This document shows, one piece after another, positions 46,108 through 58,167 of a stretch of 64,000 nucleotides of DNA. How positions within the stretch are numbered: the first letter of the stretch is position 1; each line of letters starts with the position of its first letter. A program made the translations under genes and the position numbers. Origin of the DNA: Pirellulales bacterium (GTDB lineage Bacteria; Planctomycetota; Planctomycetia; Pirellulales; JACPPG01); the NCBI GenBank assembly GCA_035546535.1, contig DASZWQ010000087.1, positions 26,189 through 90,188 on the forward strand, in the 5' to 3' direction. The notes under the pieces are model-generated. The model was not told the origin of the DNA. It saw only the letters and a list, made by a program, of their open reading frames with translations, and made no database searches.

Positions 46108-48123
46108 TCACGTGCGCATGAACTGCCGGTCCAGATCCTCGCGCGTGAAGACCAGGGCCGTGGGGCGGCCGTGGGGGCAATGGTGCGTGTCCTGGGCCAG
46201 GTGCCGGGAAGCGAGCAGGGCTTCGATCTCCTCCGGCGTGAGGGCGTCCCCCGCTTTCACCGCCGCCTTGCACGACATCATGTGCAATAGTTCGTCCAGC
46301 AGATCGCGCCGCTCGGGCGCGCGTCCCCCGGCCACCAACAATTCCACCATGTCACGCAATAGCGCCGCCGGCTGCGCCGCTTTCAGCATGGCCGGATAGC
46401 TCGATACCAAGACCGTGCCGCCGCCAAAGGGCTCGATGCGAATGCCCAACTGCGCCAATAGCTCGCGCTGCTCCAGGGCCGCGGCCGCCTCCGCAGGGGT
46501 GAGATCCACCGGCTCGGGCACGAGCAAGCTCTGTGTCTCGAGCGCCCCGGCCAGCACCTTGGCGCGAAATTGCTCGTACAACACGCGTTCGTGCAGCGCG
46601 TGCTGGTCGATCACCAGCACCCCTTCGGCGCTCTCGGTAACCAGATACCGGTTGTGAATCTGCACGGCCTGCGCCACCGGCGCCGCGTAAGGAGGAACCG
46701 AGGCAAACTCGCGCCGTGCATCGACAAAGTGGGGACGCAGATTCCAGGACGTTGATTCCCCCGCTCCGTATTCACTGGCGATGTGCCGAGAAAAATGCGA
46801 TGTACCGTTTTCGTTCGTTTCGGACTCCGCCGCGAGCGGCTCTTCACTGCCACCGGCCGGATCCCAGTGCCGCTCCAAGGGAACAAGATCCAACGGCGCC
46901 GCAGGTGATGCGAGCGAAACGGGTAACGCCGCGCCGGCATTCGCCGCATCGACCTCGGCATCTTGCGAGCGCCGCGCGGCCAGTTCACTTTTGGCCCACT
47001 CGACGAACCTATTGCCGGACTGCGCCATCGGCGCGGCGCCATTTTGTGCGTTACCGCCGCTCGCGAAATCGATCGCTCCGAGGAACGCGTCGTTCGGCCG
47101 GGCGACGCGGTCGGCCGTGGCGGCATGCGTCAGGTCGCTGGTGAGAAATTTAGTGCGGATCGTGCCGAGCAATTGACTGTAGAGCCGACCGCCATCCTGG
47201 AAACGGACTTCGAGCTTCGTGGGATGGACGTTCACGTCGACCATTTCGGCCGGCATGTCAAAACACAGAAACGAAATCGGGTACCGGCCCGTCAGTAGCA
47301 GGCCGCGATACGCTTCGGCCAAGGCGTGTTGCAGCGCCCGGTCGCGGACGTACCGCCCGTTGAGAAACAGATACTGCATGCGCGTGTTGCCGCGGCTCTG
47401 GCTCGGATGGGCCACGTAGCCGGCTAAACGGATCGGCTGGTCGGCGCTGTCGATCCAGATCAAGGCGTCGCTCAATTCGGGTCCGAAAAACGCGCCGATC
47501 CGCTCGCGCCAATCCTGGCTCGGCGGCAGGTCGTAGACCAGCCGCTCGTTGTGGCGCAGCACGAAGTGCACCTGCGGGCTGGCCAGGGCCAAGCGGGTGA
47601 AGGCCTCGGTCACGTGCCCCATCTCGGTTTGCGTCGAACGCAGAAACTTGCGCCGCACCGGCGTGTTGACGAACAGGTTGCGCACCTCGATCGCGGTGCC
47701 CGGGGCGCAGCCGCAGGGAACGACCTGCCGCGGCTCACCGGCGATGACCTCCAGTTCAGCCCCGGCCGTGGCGTCGGCCGTGCGGCTGCGTAGGGTGAAA
47801 TGACTCACTTCGGCGATCGACGCCAGCGCCTCGCCGCGAAAGCCGAGCGTGCTGACGCGAAACAGGTCGTCGGCCGTGGCGAGCTTGCTCGTGGCATGGC
47901 TGGCGACGGCCAAGGGCAACTGCTCGGCCGGAATGCCGTGGCCGTTATCGACGATCCGCACCAGGTCCATGCCCCCCTGGGCGATCGAGACCTCGATGCG
48001 CGTCGCGCCGGCATCCAGCGAGTTTTCGACCAGCTCCTTGACGACGCTGGCCGGCCGCTCGACAACCTCGCCGGCGGCGATCTTGTTGATCACGCTTTGC
48101 GGCAATTGTCGAATCGTGGCCAT
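46108..48123 (-). CDS. mutL: DNA mismatch repair protein MutL
   Basis: MATIRQLPQSVINKIAAGEVVERPASVVKELVENSLDAGA...GFRGEAL. The C-terminal endonuclease-type region contains DQHALHERVLYE and CPHGRP. Confidence 0.93.
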   Translation of the reverse strand: MATIRQLPQSVINKIAAGEVVERPASVVKELVENSLDAGATRIEVSIAQGGMDLVRIVDNGHGIPAEQLPLAVASHATSKLATADDLFRVSTLGFRGEALASIAEVSHFTLRSRTADATAGAELEVIAGEPRQVVPCGCAPGTAIEVRNLFVNTPVRRKFLRSTQTEMGHVTEAFTRLALASPQVHFVLRHNERLVYDLPPSQDWRERIGAFFGPELSDALIWIDSADQPIRLAGYVAHPSQSRGNTRMQYLFLNGRYVRDRALQHALAEAYRGLLLTGRYPISFLCFDMPAEMVDVNVHPTKLEVRFQDGGRLYSQLLGTIRTKFLTSDLTHAATADRVARPNDAFLGAIDFASGGNAQNGAAPMAQSGNRFVEWAKSELAARRSQDAEVDAANAGAALPVSLASPAAPLDLVPLERHWDPAGGSEEPLAAESETNENGTSHFSRHIASEYGAGESTSWNLRPHFVDARREFASVPPYAAPVAQAVQIHNRYLVTESAEGVLVIDQHALHERVLYEQFRAKVLAGALETQSLLVPEPVDLTPAEAAAALEQRELLAQLGIRIEPFGGGTVLVSSYPAMLKAAQPAALLRDMVELLVAGGRAPERRDLLDELLHMMSCKAAVKAGDALTPEEIEALLASRHLAQDTHHCPHGRPTALVFTREDLDRQFMRT

Positions 48124-48195
48124 GAGAGTCCGTTCACGGGTGGCATCGAAATGTGCGTGAGTATCCGGCAGCGCCTTTGCCTTTCGGCGCGCTAC

Positions 48196-49611
48196 TTACA
48201 GATGGAATTCCTTGATCTTGCGGTAGAGCGTGCGCTCGCCGATCCCAAGCATCTCGGCGGCCTCCTCGCGATTGCCGCCGGTCAGCTTCAAGGTTTCGGC
48301 GATAAACAGCCGCTCGATCTCGGTAAGCGGCTTGCCGACCAGGCTGCCGAGATTATCGCCCGTCGCAGGGGTGGCTGACTCGGGCGCCGCTTCGTTGGCA
48401 CCAGATAACTCGACGGGCAAGTCGTCGATATCGAGCACCCCGTCATAATCGACGACGACCATGCTCTCCACCACGTTGCGCAACTGCCGAACGTTGCCCG
48501 GCCAGTCGAAGGCCATCAGCCGGCGCCGGGCGGCGGTCGACATGCTCTTGATGGGTTTATCGTGCCGCTTGGCGAATTGCCGCATGAAATGTTCGATCAA
48601 GAGCGGAATATCCTGACTGCGCTCGACCAGCCGTGGCAGCACCACGGTTACGACCTTCAGCCGGTGGTACAGGTCGCTGCGGAAGGTGCCGGCCGTGATC
48701 TGCTTTTCCAGGTTGCGGTTCGTGGCCGACAGGATGCGCACATTGACCTTGATCCGCTCATTCGAGCCGACGCGCGTGATCTCGCCATTTTCCAGCACGC
48801 GCAGGAGCTTGATCTGCGTCGCCATCGGCATGTCGCCGACTTCGTCGAGAAACAAGGTGCCGCCGTTGGCGTATTCGAACTTGCCGACGCGGTCGGTCGA
48901 TGCGTCGGTGAAGGCTCCGCGCACGTGGCCAAACAGTTCGCTCTCGAGGATATTCTCACTGAGAGCGGCGCAATTCAGTCCCACGAACTGCTTGTTCTTG
49001 CGCGGGCTGTTCTGGTGGATCGACTGCGCGACCAGCTCCTTGCCGGTGCCCGTCTCGCCCTGGATCAGCACCGTGGCATTCGTGGGCGCGATCCGCTTCA
49101 AAAGCTGGATCACGTCATTCATCTTCGGGCTGGAACCGATGACGCCCTCGAACCCATACTTTTCGTCCAGCCGGCGGTGCAAATCGGCGTTCGTGCGGCG
49201 CAGCCTGAGGTTGGCGGCCGCGTTTTCGGTCACGGCCCGCAATTGCCCCAAGTCCAAGGGCTTTAACAGATAGCTATAGGCCCCCTGTTGCATGGCCGAT
49301 ACGGCCGACGGCACGGTGCCATGCCCGGTGACCAGGATCACCTCGGCCTCGGGCTGGCTCTCCTTGGCTCGTTTGAGGATTTCCAGGCCATCGATATCGG
49401 TCATGACCAGGTCGGTAATGACGATGTCGAAGACGTTTTCTTCGAGCTCCGCAGCCCCGGCGGCGCCGCTGGTGGTCACGGTACACTCGTAGCCGACCCG
49501 CTCCAGGCTCTCGGCCATGGCCGCCGCGTGCGCAGCGTCGTTATCCACGATCAGCACGCGGATCGGGAGGGCGGAGGAGTCGGCAGTCTCGAGCGGCTTG
49601 GCCGTAACCAT
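48196..49611 (-). CDS. Sigma-54-dependent response regulator (NtrC/Fis family)
   Basis: REC domain (VLIVDND...DLVMTDIDG), AAA+ domain ([20 protein letters not shown]) and a C-terminal Fis-type HTH. ATG 49611. Confidence 0.9.
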   Translation of the reverse strand: MVTAKPLETADSSALPIRVLIVDNDAAHAAAMAESLERVGYECTVTTSGAAGAAELEENVFDIVITDLVMTDIDGLEILKRAKESQPEAEVILVTGHGTVPSAVSAMQQGAYSYLLKPLDLGQLRAVTENAAANLRLRRTNADLHRRLDEKYGFEGVIGSSPKMNDVIQLLKRIAPTNATVLIQGETGTGKELVAQSIHQNSPRKNKQFVGLNCAALSENILESELFGHVRGAFTDASTDRVGKFEYANGGTLFLDEVGDMPMATQIKLLRVLENGEITRVGSNERIKVNVRILSATNRNLEKQITAGTFRSDLYHRLKVVTVVLPRLVERSQDIPLLIEHFMRQFAKRHDKPIKSMSTAARRRLMAFDWPGNVRQLRNVVESMVVVDYDGVLDIDDLPVELSGANEAAPESATPATGDNLGSLVGKPLTEIERLFIAETLKLTGGNREEAAEMLGIGERTLYRKIKEFHL

Positions 49612-49668
49612 TTGCCCGATAATACAAAACTGCGGTCCGAGGGGCCACTGGCCGGGCACACCCGCGCC

Positions 49669-50427
49669 CTATTCCTTGCCCCCGATCTCCTGAACCCCCA
49701 AGCGCGGCGGCACGGGCAGCTCGATGGTGAACTGAGTGCCCCGGCCAGGTTCACTGTCGACCCGGATCTGCCCGCCATGCGCTTCGACGATTTTCTTGGC
49801 GATCGGCAGGCCCAGGCCTGAGCCACCCGACTTTGTCGTATAGAAGGCGTCGAAAATCTTCGAACGCGTCCGTTCATCCATGCCGCTGCCGGTGTCGATC
49901 AAGTGCAAAGCGACGCCGCGCGACGTGACCGCAGTGCTGATCACCAATTGCCCCCCCTTGGGCATCGCCTGCTGCGCGTTGAGCACCAGGTTCAAGAGGG
50001 CACTTTGAAATGTCTCGCGGTCCAACAGCACGCCTGGCAGATCGGTTTGCAAGTACGTGACCACCTCGATCTTGGCCTCGGACGCCTTGGGACGGAAGAA
50101 ATCCAACAGCCGGCGCACTTCTTCGTTCAAGTCCGACGACTCCAGCCGCGGCTTGCGGACCCGGGCGAAGGCCAGAAAATCGTTGAGCAAATCCTGCAGC
50201 CGCTGGCACTCGCGCTGCACGACGCCGATCTTGGTCAAGGCGCGCCGGGCACGCGGTGAATCATCGCCGGCCAGGTCTTCGGCCAAGAGCTCAATATTCA
50301 GGCCGATCGTCGAAAGCGGGTTTTTGATCTCGTGCGCGAGCCCCCCGGCCAGCTGCGCAATTTCGGTGTACTGGTCGACCAGTTTTTGATTGACATCAGC
50401 GGCGGAAGTTTGGCTGGCACGGTTCAT
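49669..50427 (-). CDS. Cytoplasmic histidine kinase consisting only of HisKA + HATPase_c
   Basis: 252 aa from ATG 50427. It has an H-box (GGLAHEIKNPL), N-box (LLNLVLNAQQA), G1 (DTGSGM) and G2 (GGSGLGL). No TM or sensor domain precedes them. Confidence 0.85.
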   Translation of the reverse strand: MNRASQTSAADVNQKLVDQYTEIAQLAGGLAHEIKNPLSTIGLNIELLAEDLAGDDSPRARRALTKIGVVQRECQRLQDLLNDFLAFARVRKPRLESSDLNEEVRRLLDFFRPKASEAKIEVVTYLQTDLPGVLLDRETFQSALLNLVLNAQQAMPKGGQLVISTAVTSRGVALHLIDTGSGMDERTRSKIFDAFYTTKSGGSGLGLPIAKKIVEAHGGQIRVDSEPGRGTQFTIELPVPPRLGVQEIGGKE

Positions 50428-50527
50428 GCGCCGCCATTTTACGGGACGTTCCGCCAAGGGCCAGATGCGCCCTGTGCGGGTCTGTGTGGTGGCGCGACGC
50501 GCGCCAAGAAGCATTAACGCAAGACCA

Positions 50528-53101
50528 TCAATGCTTATGCTCGTGCTTGTGCGGCTTCGACGGCTTGAAGTCCGGGCCCACGGGTAGCGGTAGGCCCAGC
50601 ATGTCGCCGTTGGGCTTGAAGCCGCCGCCGTCGACGTCGACGAAGATCGGATTGGCCACGGCCGTGGGCATTTGCTTCGCCTGGTCCGGGCCGACCACGG
50701 GTCCGAGTTCTTTCCCTTCGCCCGCCGCGACGACGACCAGGTGGGCGTCCGCAGGCAGTTCGATCGGCAGTTCCTCGTCGAACACCACGGTCGCCTGGTG
50801 GAACTTGTCGGCATGGGTGCGGCGCGAGTAGTTCCACTTCGGATCGGCCACACCGTTGACGAATATCTGCACGCGGTTCACCTCCAGCCAGTTCGGGCAT
50901 TGCACCCGCACGGCCAAAGTGAGCTTCCCGCCCGGGGCCTGTAGATCCTCACCAACCAGCGCGGTGTCGTTACCCTCCCCGGCTTTGGCATGCACCGTCA
51001 AAAACGGTCCGTTGGTCATCACGATGTTGCCGTGCTCGCAGGCGTGTACCAGGTTCATCACCGACGCCTCGGCCGGGACGTCGGTCGACGACTTGATGAA
51101 ATTGCGCAACCCCCCCGAGCCGTGAAAGTTCCAATGTGCGTCGGTGTTGACCACGCCCGGCACACGATAGCCCAGATTTAACAGTTGCAGCCAGTGGAAA
51201 ATCGTGTTCCCCTGCTCGCGCTCGTTAGGAACGCTCTCCGGCGGCGTAAAGATCGTGGGCAGTGGGTGCACTTCGATCACGTCCATGAAGCCGAACATCT
51301 TTTCGAAGCCGCCGTCGGGCGAGCCGTTCAAATCCTTGTCGAAGGCCATCTGTACGATGTTCGGGTGATTCACCTGTACCAGCTTGTCGGAGTTGTTTTC
51401 CCACATCGCCAGCCGCTCGATCTGCACCACCGGGTCGACATCCGAAAGCGGCGCGCCGTTGTCCTGCGTGCGTGGATGCGGTGTCAGCGGGAAGGCGTTC
51501 TGATGATTCAGCGGCAACGGTCGGCCGGTCATCTCCATGCCAGGGCAGGTCAGCATGCGCTTCACGGCGTCGAAGGCTTTCAGGTGCGGATCGTAGACCG
51601 TGATCCGGTTGTGCTCGGTGCATGGCGCGAACTCGACGTGCTCAGCCAGTAGATTCAGCACGCGACCCGCCTGGCTGGCGGTATTGTCGCCGGACGGCGT
51701 CGAGTGACTGTGGAAATCGGCGCTCAGCCAGCCGGTGGTGTCGACCGAACGTTTGAGCTGTGCTGCCAGCGGCGTGACTTTTCCGCCCGCGACCTTGATC
51801 GTCGTGAAAACGGCGTCGTATTCCGGGCCATAGCTGACGATCACGTCGTACTCGCCCGGCGCAAGCGGCACGCGGAACTTGCCGTTTTCGGTGTAATAGA
51901 CGTTCCGCACGCCGTGTACGGCGCTATCGGGGCCGAATTTGGGACTCTTTGTGTCGCCGCGGCCGGAGAATTGCACCTTGCAAGCCGTGATGCCGCCGTC
52001 GGGGCTCGTGATCTTGGCGTCGACGTACCCGGGGGGCGGCAGCTCGACGGTTTGCGAGGCATTTCTTTCCGCATATATCGTGACCGCCTTCGAGCCCTGC
52101 CCTAGCGCGCTGACTTGCGCCTGATATTCGCCGGCGGGCAAACGGACGGCGAGGCGGCCCTTGTCGCTGGTCCGGCCATGGGCCAGCCGCTCGCCGGTCG
52201 AGTTCTTGATCTCCACGTCGGCATCGACCACGACGCCGTCGGGATCCTTCACAGCCAGGTCAACGGTCACGAGCGGCTGCTTGTGCAACTCCCGGGCCAG
52301 CGCCAGGACCTCGATCAAGTTAGCGGCCGGGAAAAGATGACGCACGACTTCGCGTGTCTCGCCCGGCGCTAGCTTCGCCGCGGCGTCCTTGGACTTGATA
52401 CTTAAGACCGGCTTATCGCCGCGCTTGATGGCGTCAGGCGAGAAAGTCGACTTCGGTTCCAGCAACATCGCACCGTAACCTTGCCGCCAGTAAGGATCGT
52501 AAGCCCAGAAGAGGCCCAGGTCGTCGGCGGTGCCGAATTCGAACTCGCCGTCGGCGCGAATGGCGTCGGCCAGGTTCAGCTCCAGCGGTTCGGCCGAAAC
52601 GTTCTTGATGCGCGTGATAATCTTCAGGCTGTGGGCATCGTCAGCAAGCGCGTAAATGACTTCAGCCGTCGAGCGTTTGTCTTCAGAGGTGCCGCGGAAC
52701 GTGAGCGTCTTTTCCGCGCCGCTGCCGCCCGCCTTTTCGGCATCATCGGGCCCCGTGAGAGCGTATTGCCCGTTGAGCGGATAATAGGCGCTCAATTGAT
52801 CGGACTGTCGCGAGCGCTCGGTGAGGTCAATGACACAACCGCCGACGTTGCGCACGGTCATGTTGGCATTGCGCTTGGGCAAGGCTTCGGCGATCACGGC
52901 CACGATCTGCTTGTTGCGCAGCACCCAATCTCCGTAGATGCAATCGACTTCCTTCCCTTGCGGCACCGCGTCGTCCCAGCTCTTTTCCGTAAGCTGGATG
53001 ACGTCCGCAGCCGAAGCGTCGCGTGTCCCGACCATGAAGCCCACGATCAGGAGTGCGATTGGGAGTCGATACAAATTGAGGGACGGGTACAGGTGCCGCA
53101 T
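50528..53101 (-). CDS. Secreted PHP-domain metallohydrolase-like protein (CehA/McbA-like) with a CarboxypepD_reg-like insert
   Basis: Signal/TM segment (LPIALLIVGFMVG). PHP-type motif ADFHSHSTPSGD...CTEHN...DAHW. C-terminal KPSKPHKHEHKH tail. 857 aa. Confidence 0.6.
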   Translation of the reverse strand: MRHLYPSLNLYRLPIALLIVGFMVGTRDASAADVIQLTEKSWDDAVPQGKEVDCIYGDWVLRNKQIVAVIAEALPKRNANMTVRNVGGCVIDLTERSRQSDQLSAYYPLNGQYALTGPDDAEKAGGSGAEKTLTFRGTSEDKRSTAEVIYALADDAHSLKIITRIKNVSAEPLELNLADAIRADGEFEFGTADDLGLFWAYDPYWRQGYGAMLLEPKSTFSPDAIKRGDKPVLSIKSKDAAAKLAPGETREVVRHLFPAANLIEVLALARELHKQPLVTVDLAVKDPDGVVVDADVEIKNSTGERLAHGRTSDKGRLAVRLPAGEYQAQVSALGQGSKAVTIYAERNASQTVELPPPGYVDAKITSPDGGITACKVQFSGRGDTKSPKFGPDSAVHGVRNVYYTENGKFRVPLAPGEYDVIVSYGPEYDAVFTTIKVAGGKVTPLAAQLKRSVDTTGWLSADFHSHSTPSGDNTASQAGRVLNLLAEHVEFAPCTEHNRITVYDPHLKAFDAVKRMLTCPGMEMTGRPLPLNHQNAFPLTPHPRTQDNGAPLSDVDPVVQIERLAMWENNSDKLVQVNHPNIVQMAFDKDLNGSPDGGFEKMFGFMDVIEVHPLPTIFTPPESVPNEREQGNTIFHWLQLLNLGYRVPGVVNTDAHWNFHGSGGLRNFIKSSTDVPAEASVMNLVHACEHGNIVMTNGPFLTVHAKAGEGNDTALVGEDLQAPGGKLTLAVRVQCPNWLEVNRVQIFVNGVADPKWNYSRRTHADKFHQATVVFDEELPIELPADAHLVVVAAGEGKELGPVVGPDQAKQMPTAVANPIFVDVDGGGFKPNGDMLGLPLPVGPDFKPSKPHKHEHKH

Positions 53102-53307
53102 GGTGCAGATCCTCAGGAGGGCGTTAATCGATTATTCCCAGACGCGGGCCATGATAGCGGATGTTTGTGAGGGATGTGTGAAGCTACGCAGACGCTTCTT
53201 TCAACGACTTAGCCGCCGGCCTCGCCCGGCGCTCCTTCTGGCCCGGCGCCTCGCCGTGAAAACTCTGGGCGGCGATCGATCGTTCTCACGAACGACGCCA
53301 CTCGCGA

Positions 53308-54063
53308 CTACCTCTTGAACACCTTCGGCGAGAGTTTGATCGTGCCCAGATCGTTTTCGCCGGGCTCGATGCGCCGTCGGAACCGCCCTTTGGGCCAGTC
53401 GGGCGTGTTGATGAATCCTGGCACCTCGTGCCAGGCTTGAAACTCGAATTCGCCAAGCGGCAGGCCGTGCAGCGCGAAGGTGCCGTCCGTCTGCGAGATT
53501 GCGAAGTAGGGATTGCCGCACGGCAGAATGTACGCCTTGTACCACGGTTGGATGTTCGAGGTCACTGGCTGTGGAAGCCCGTGGACCTGGCGAAACTTGT
53601 AGGTGGCTTCGTGCGCGGGTGCGAGCAACGGGTTCATGCCGGGCCCGCCGATCTCTGTGACATTAGCATTGATGGCAAAAGGGTCGCTGTTGCGAATCAC
53701 TAATGTCTGTGCCGTCGTGAGCGCCAGAATATGCGGCTCGAAGCGTAATCCTTTCGATTCGAGCACTACCCGTGGCGGCAGGTCTCGCAAGCGCCTTGGA
53801 TGCACCGGCACATTCTTGGTCCGGACAAAGAGAAGGACATTGCACAAACCTCCTTGTGCGTCCACCAGGAGCGTCTCATCCACCGGATTGGGCATCTTTC
53901 CCAGCCTGCCCGCGGGCACGACCAGCGGGGGAGGATCGGGGCGCGGCCCATCGTAGACGAATCGCCCGATGAGTGTCCCCCAGCGCGTGTCTTGTTGTGG
54001 CGGGGCGCCTCGCGCAACGACCGTGGAGAGGCAAACCAGCAGCAGAATAGGCGTGCTTCGCAT
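53308..54063 (-). CDS. Secreted hypothetical protein (cupredoxin-like + beta-sandwich architecture suspected)
   Basis: Signal peptide MRSTPILLLVCLSTVVARG. The pattern FEPHILALTTAQTLVIRNSD... is followed by PYFAISQTDGTFALHGLPLGEFEFQAWHE. No confident family call. Confidence 0.55.
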   Translation of the reverse strand: MRSTPILLLVCLSTVVARGAPPQQDTRWGTLIGRFVYDGPRPDPPPLVVPAGRLGKMPNPVDETLLVDAQGGLCNVLLFVRTKNVPVHPRRLRDLPPRVVLESKGLRFEPHILALTTAQTLVIRNSDPFAINANVTEIGGPGMNPLLAPAHEATYKFRQVHGLPQPVTSNIQPWYKAYILPCGNPYFAISQTDGTFALHGLPLGEFEFQAWHEVPGFINTPDWPKGRFRRRIEPGENDLGTIKLSPKVFKR

Positions 54064-54204
54064 GAGTCGCCCCGTGGTTCTTGTACCCCGTGCCGGACGC
54101 CATCGAGTTTAGTGTTCCGCGGCTGGCGATGCCAAAAAGAGATCCGCCGGGCAAGCCCGGCGGCTGAATAGGTCGAACGCCGCGGTTCGCGGACCGGCAT
54201 GTAC

Positions 54205-54238
54205 GCAAAAAAGCCGCCGAGCTTTTCGCCCGGCGGCT
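54205..54238 (-). terminator. Rho-independent terminator of pnp
   Basis: On the minus strand, AGCCGCCG-(11 nt loop)-CGGCGGCT is followed by TTTTTTGCG. It lies 35 nt downstream of the pnp stop. Confidence 0.7.
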
Positions 54239-54272
54239 CTGTTTCGCATCACTTTTTCGAACGCAACGTTGC

Positions 54273-56387
<2,115 letters not shown>

Positions 56388-56627
56388 GGTACTACATCCT
56401 TCCTCGTAGCGTCCCGAGCCATTCGCCCGCGCGCCGGCCTATGCGACCACCGCATAACAAGCGCGAAGAATGACAAAGCGGCTGGAGAAAACCCGAACCC
56501 GCACTCCACGGCGCAAGGCTTTTCGGCCGTAGAGCCCGGAAGGGCGACAGGCGACAGAATGAAGGACCGCTCATGGATCCTTCGTGCCAGATTCGCGTCG
56601 GGGCAGGAGCGACTGCTACGCGGCGGA

Positions 56628-56897
56628 CTATTTACGAATATCGAGACGCCGAATGATGTCCAAATACCGCTGCGGACTGACCTTCTTCAGATAGTCCAAC
56701 AGGCGACGCCGGCGACTCACCATCATCAATAGACCCCGCCGACTGGCGTAATCCTTGGTGTGCGTGCGCAGGTGCTCTGTCAACTCGCCGATACGGGTCG
56801 TCAACAGCGCGATTTGGACCTCGGGCGAGCCAGTGTCATGCTCGCCGCGGCGATAGTCCCCGATCAGTTCTTGCTTACGCTCTTTTGTGATTGCCAT
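56628..56897 (-). CDS. rpsO: 30S ribosomal protein S15
   Basis: [57 protein letters not shown]. The longer ORF to 56945 was rejected. Confidence 0.93.
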   Translation of the reverse strand: MAITKERKQELIGDYRRGEHDTGSPEVQIALLTTRIGELTEHLRTHTKDYASRRGLLMMVSRRRRLLDYLKKVSPQRYLDIIRRLDIRK

Positions 56898-56974
56898 CGG
56901 TTCGTCGTAAATCCACCACTTTGCCGGCGGTCGGTCTAACAGCACCGCCGCATCTGTACCCGCCGAATCCTTTG

Positions 56975-57060
56975 CCCAAATTCAGGCACCCCCAAATTCA
57001 GGCACACTGCCGACTGCTTGGTTTTCCCACTGCTTGGTTTTGCCACTGCTTGGAGTTGCC
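56975..57060. repeat. 16-nt-phased tandem repeats upstream of rpsO: 2x CCCAAATTCAGGCAC and 3x ACTGCTTGGTTTTSCC
   Basis: Copies at 56975-56989 and 56991-57005, and at 57013-57028, 57029-57044 and 57045-57060. Read directly from the sequence. Confidence 0.85.
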
Positions 57061-57202
57061 AAGTTGGCTAGGACTGCTCCCACGTATAGGTTTTTACAAA
57101 ACTTGAAACCGCCAATGTACCAATCCCGGGCGGATTTGCAACCACAATTGCCACGAAGTGTAACAGCCGCCGGACACCGCCCGCAGCTGCCTCCCGCCCG
57201 TC

Positions 57203-58063
57203 TTACCCTTGCACCACCGGGTTCGACAGCGTGCCGATGCCGTCGATCGTGATCTCAACGACATCCCCGGCGAACAGCGAGAAGTCGTCCTGCGGCACAA
57301 CGCCCGTCCCGGTCAGCAGGAAGACGCCGTCGCGGAACAGATTGTCCCGCCCCAGGTAGCCGATCAGGTCCTCGAAAGTGCGGGCCATCTTGGCGACGCT
57401 CGTACAGCCTTCGAACACGGTCTGCTTGCCGCGACGGATGGCCATCCGAATACCGATTTCCTCGCGCGGCGGCATCCGATCCACGAGCGTAATCCAAGGG
57501 CCAAGCGCGCAGCAGGAATCGTAAACCTTGGCCTGCGGCAGATAGAGCGGGTTTTCGCCTTCGATATCGCGCGAGCTCATGTCGTTACCGATCGTGTAGC
57601 CCACTAACCGCAGGCGCGAATTGAGCACCAGGGCCAACTCCGGCTCGGGCACGTTCCACAGGGCGTCTTGCCGGACGCGCACGGGCTTGCCCGGCCCGAC
57701 CACGCGGCTGGGCGTGGCTTTGAAGAACAATTCCGGACGCGAGGCCGCATACACCCGGTCGTAGTGCGAGGCCGCGGCGGCCGACTCGGCCATCCGCGCC
57801 GCGCGGCTGCGCGTGTAGGTGACGCCGGCCGCCCATACTTCTTGCGCGTCGATGACCGATAACGGCACAACCTCGGCAACGGGTACCTTCTCGGCCGTCT
57901 GGTCGATCAAGAACTCGATCGTCGACAGCGGATCGTCCGACTCGAGGATCTCGGCCAGCGACCGATAGTGTCCTCCGCTCAACTCGAGCGGCACCACCAT
58001 CTCGTCCTGGATCAAGCCGACGGTCTCCAGACCGCTCGGAAATCGCATCTTCCCAATCTTCAT
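57203..58063 (-). CDS. Fumarylacetoacetate hydrolase (FAH) family protein
   Basis: 286 aa with a C-terminal FAH fold pattern (PELFFKA...EPELALV...[12 protein letters not shown]...GTGVVP). Confidence 0.82.
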   Translation of the reverse strand: MKIGKMRFPSGLETVGLIQDEMVVPLELSGGHYRSLAEILESDDPLSTIEFLIDQTAEKVPVAEVVPLSVIDAQEVWAAGVTYTRSRAARMAESAAAASHYDRVYAASRPELFFKATPSRVVGPGKPVRVRQDALWNVPEPELALVLNSRLRLVGYTIGNDMSSRDIEGENPLYLPQAKVYDSCCALGPWITLVDRMPPREEIGIRMAIRRGKQTVFEGCTSVAKMARTFEDLIGYLGRDNLFRDGVFLLTGTGVVPQDDFSLFAGDVVEITIDGIGTLSNPVVQG

Positions 58064-58167
58064 CGCAATCGACTCCCGCGTTTCGCCCGCTCACTCCTTA
58101 AGCCCGGCAAAAGCAGCCGGCCGGTTACAAGATTTTCGTTGCTGGGCTTATTTTCGACAAGCAGGGC

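Noticed and set aside
50414-50429. TGGCAC-N5-ATGC, a sigma-54 -24/-12-like element on the plus strand.
   Set aside because: It overlaps the histidine kinase start codon on the opposite strand, and no plus-strand gene lies downstream. It is probably a chance match.
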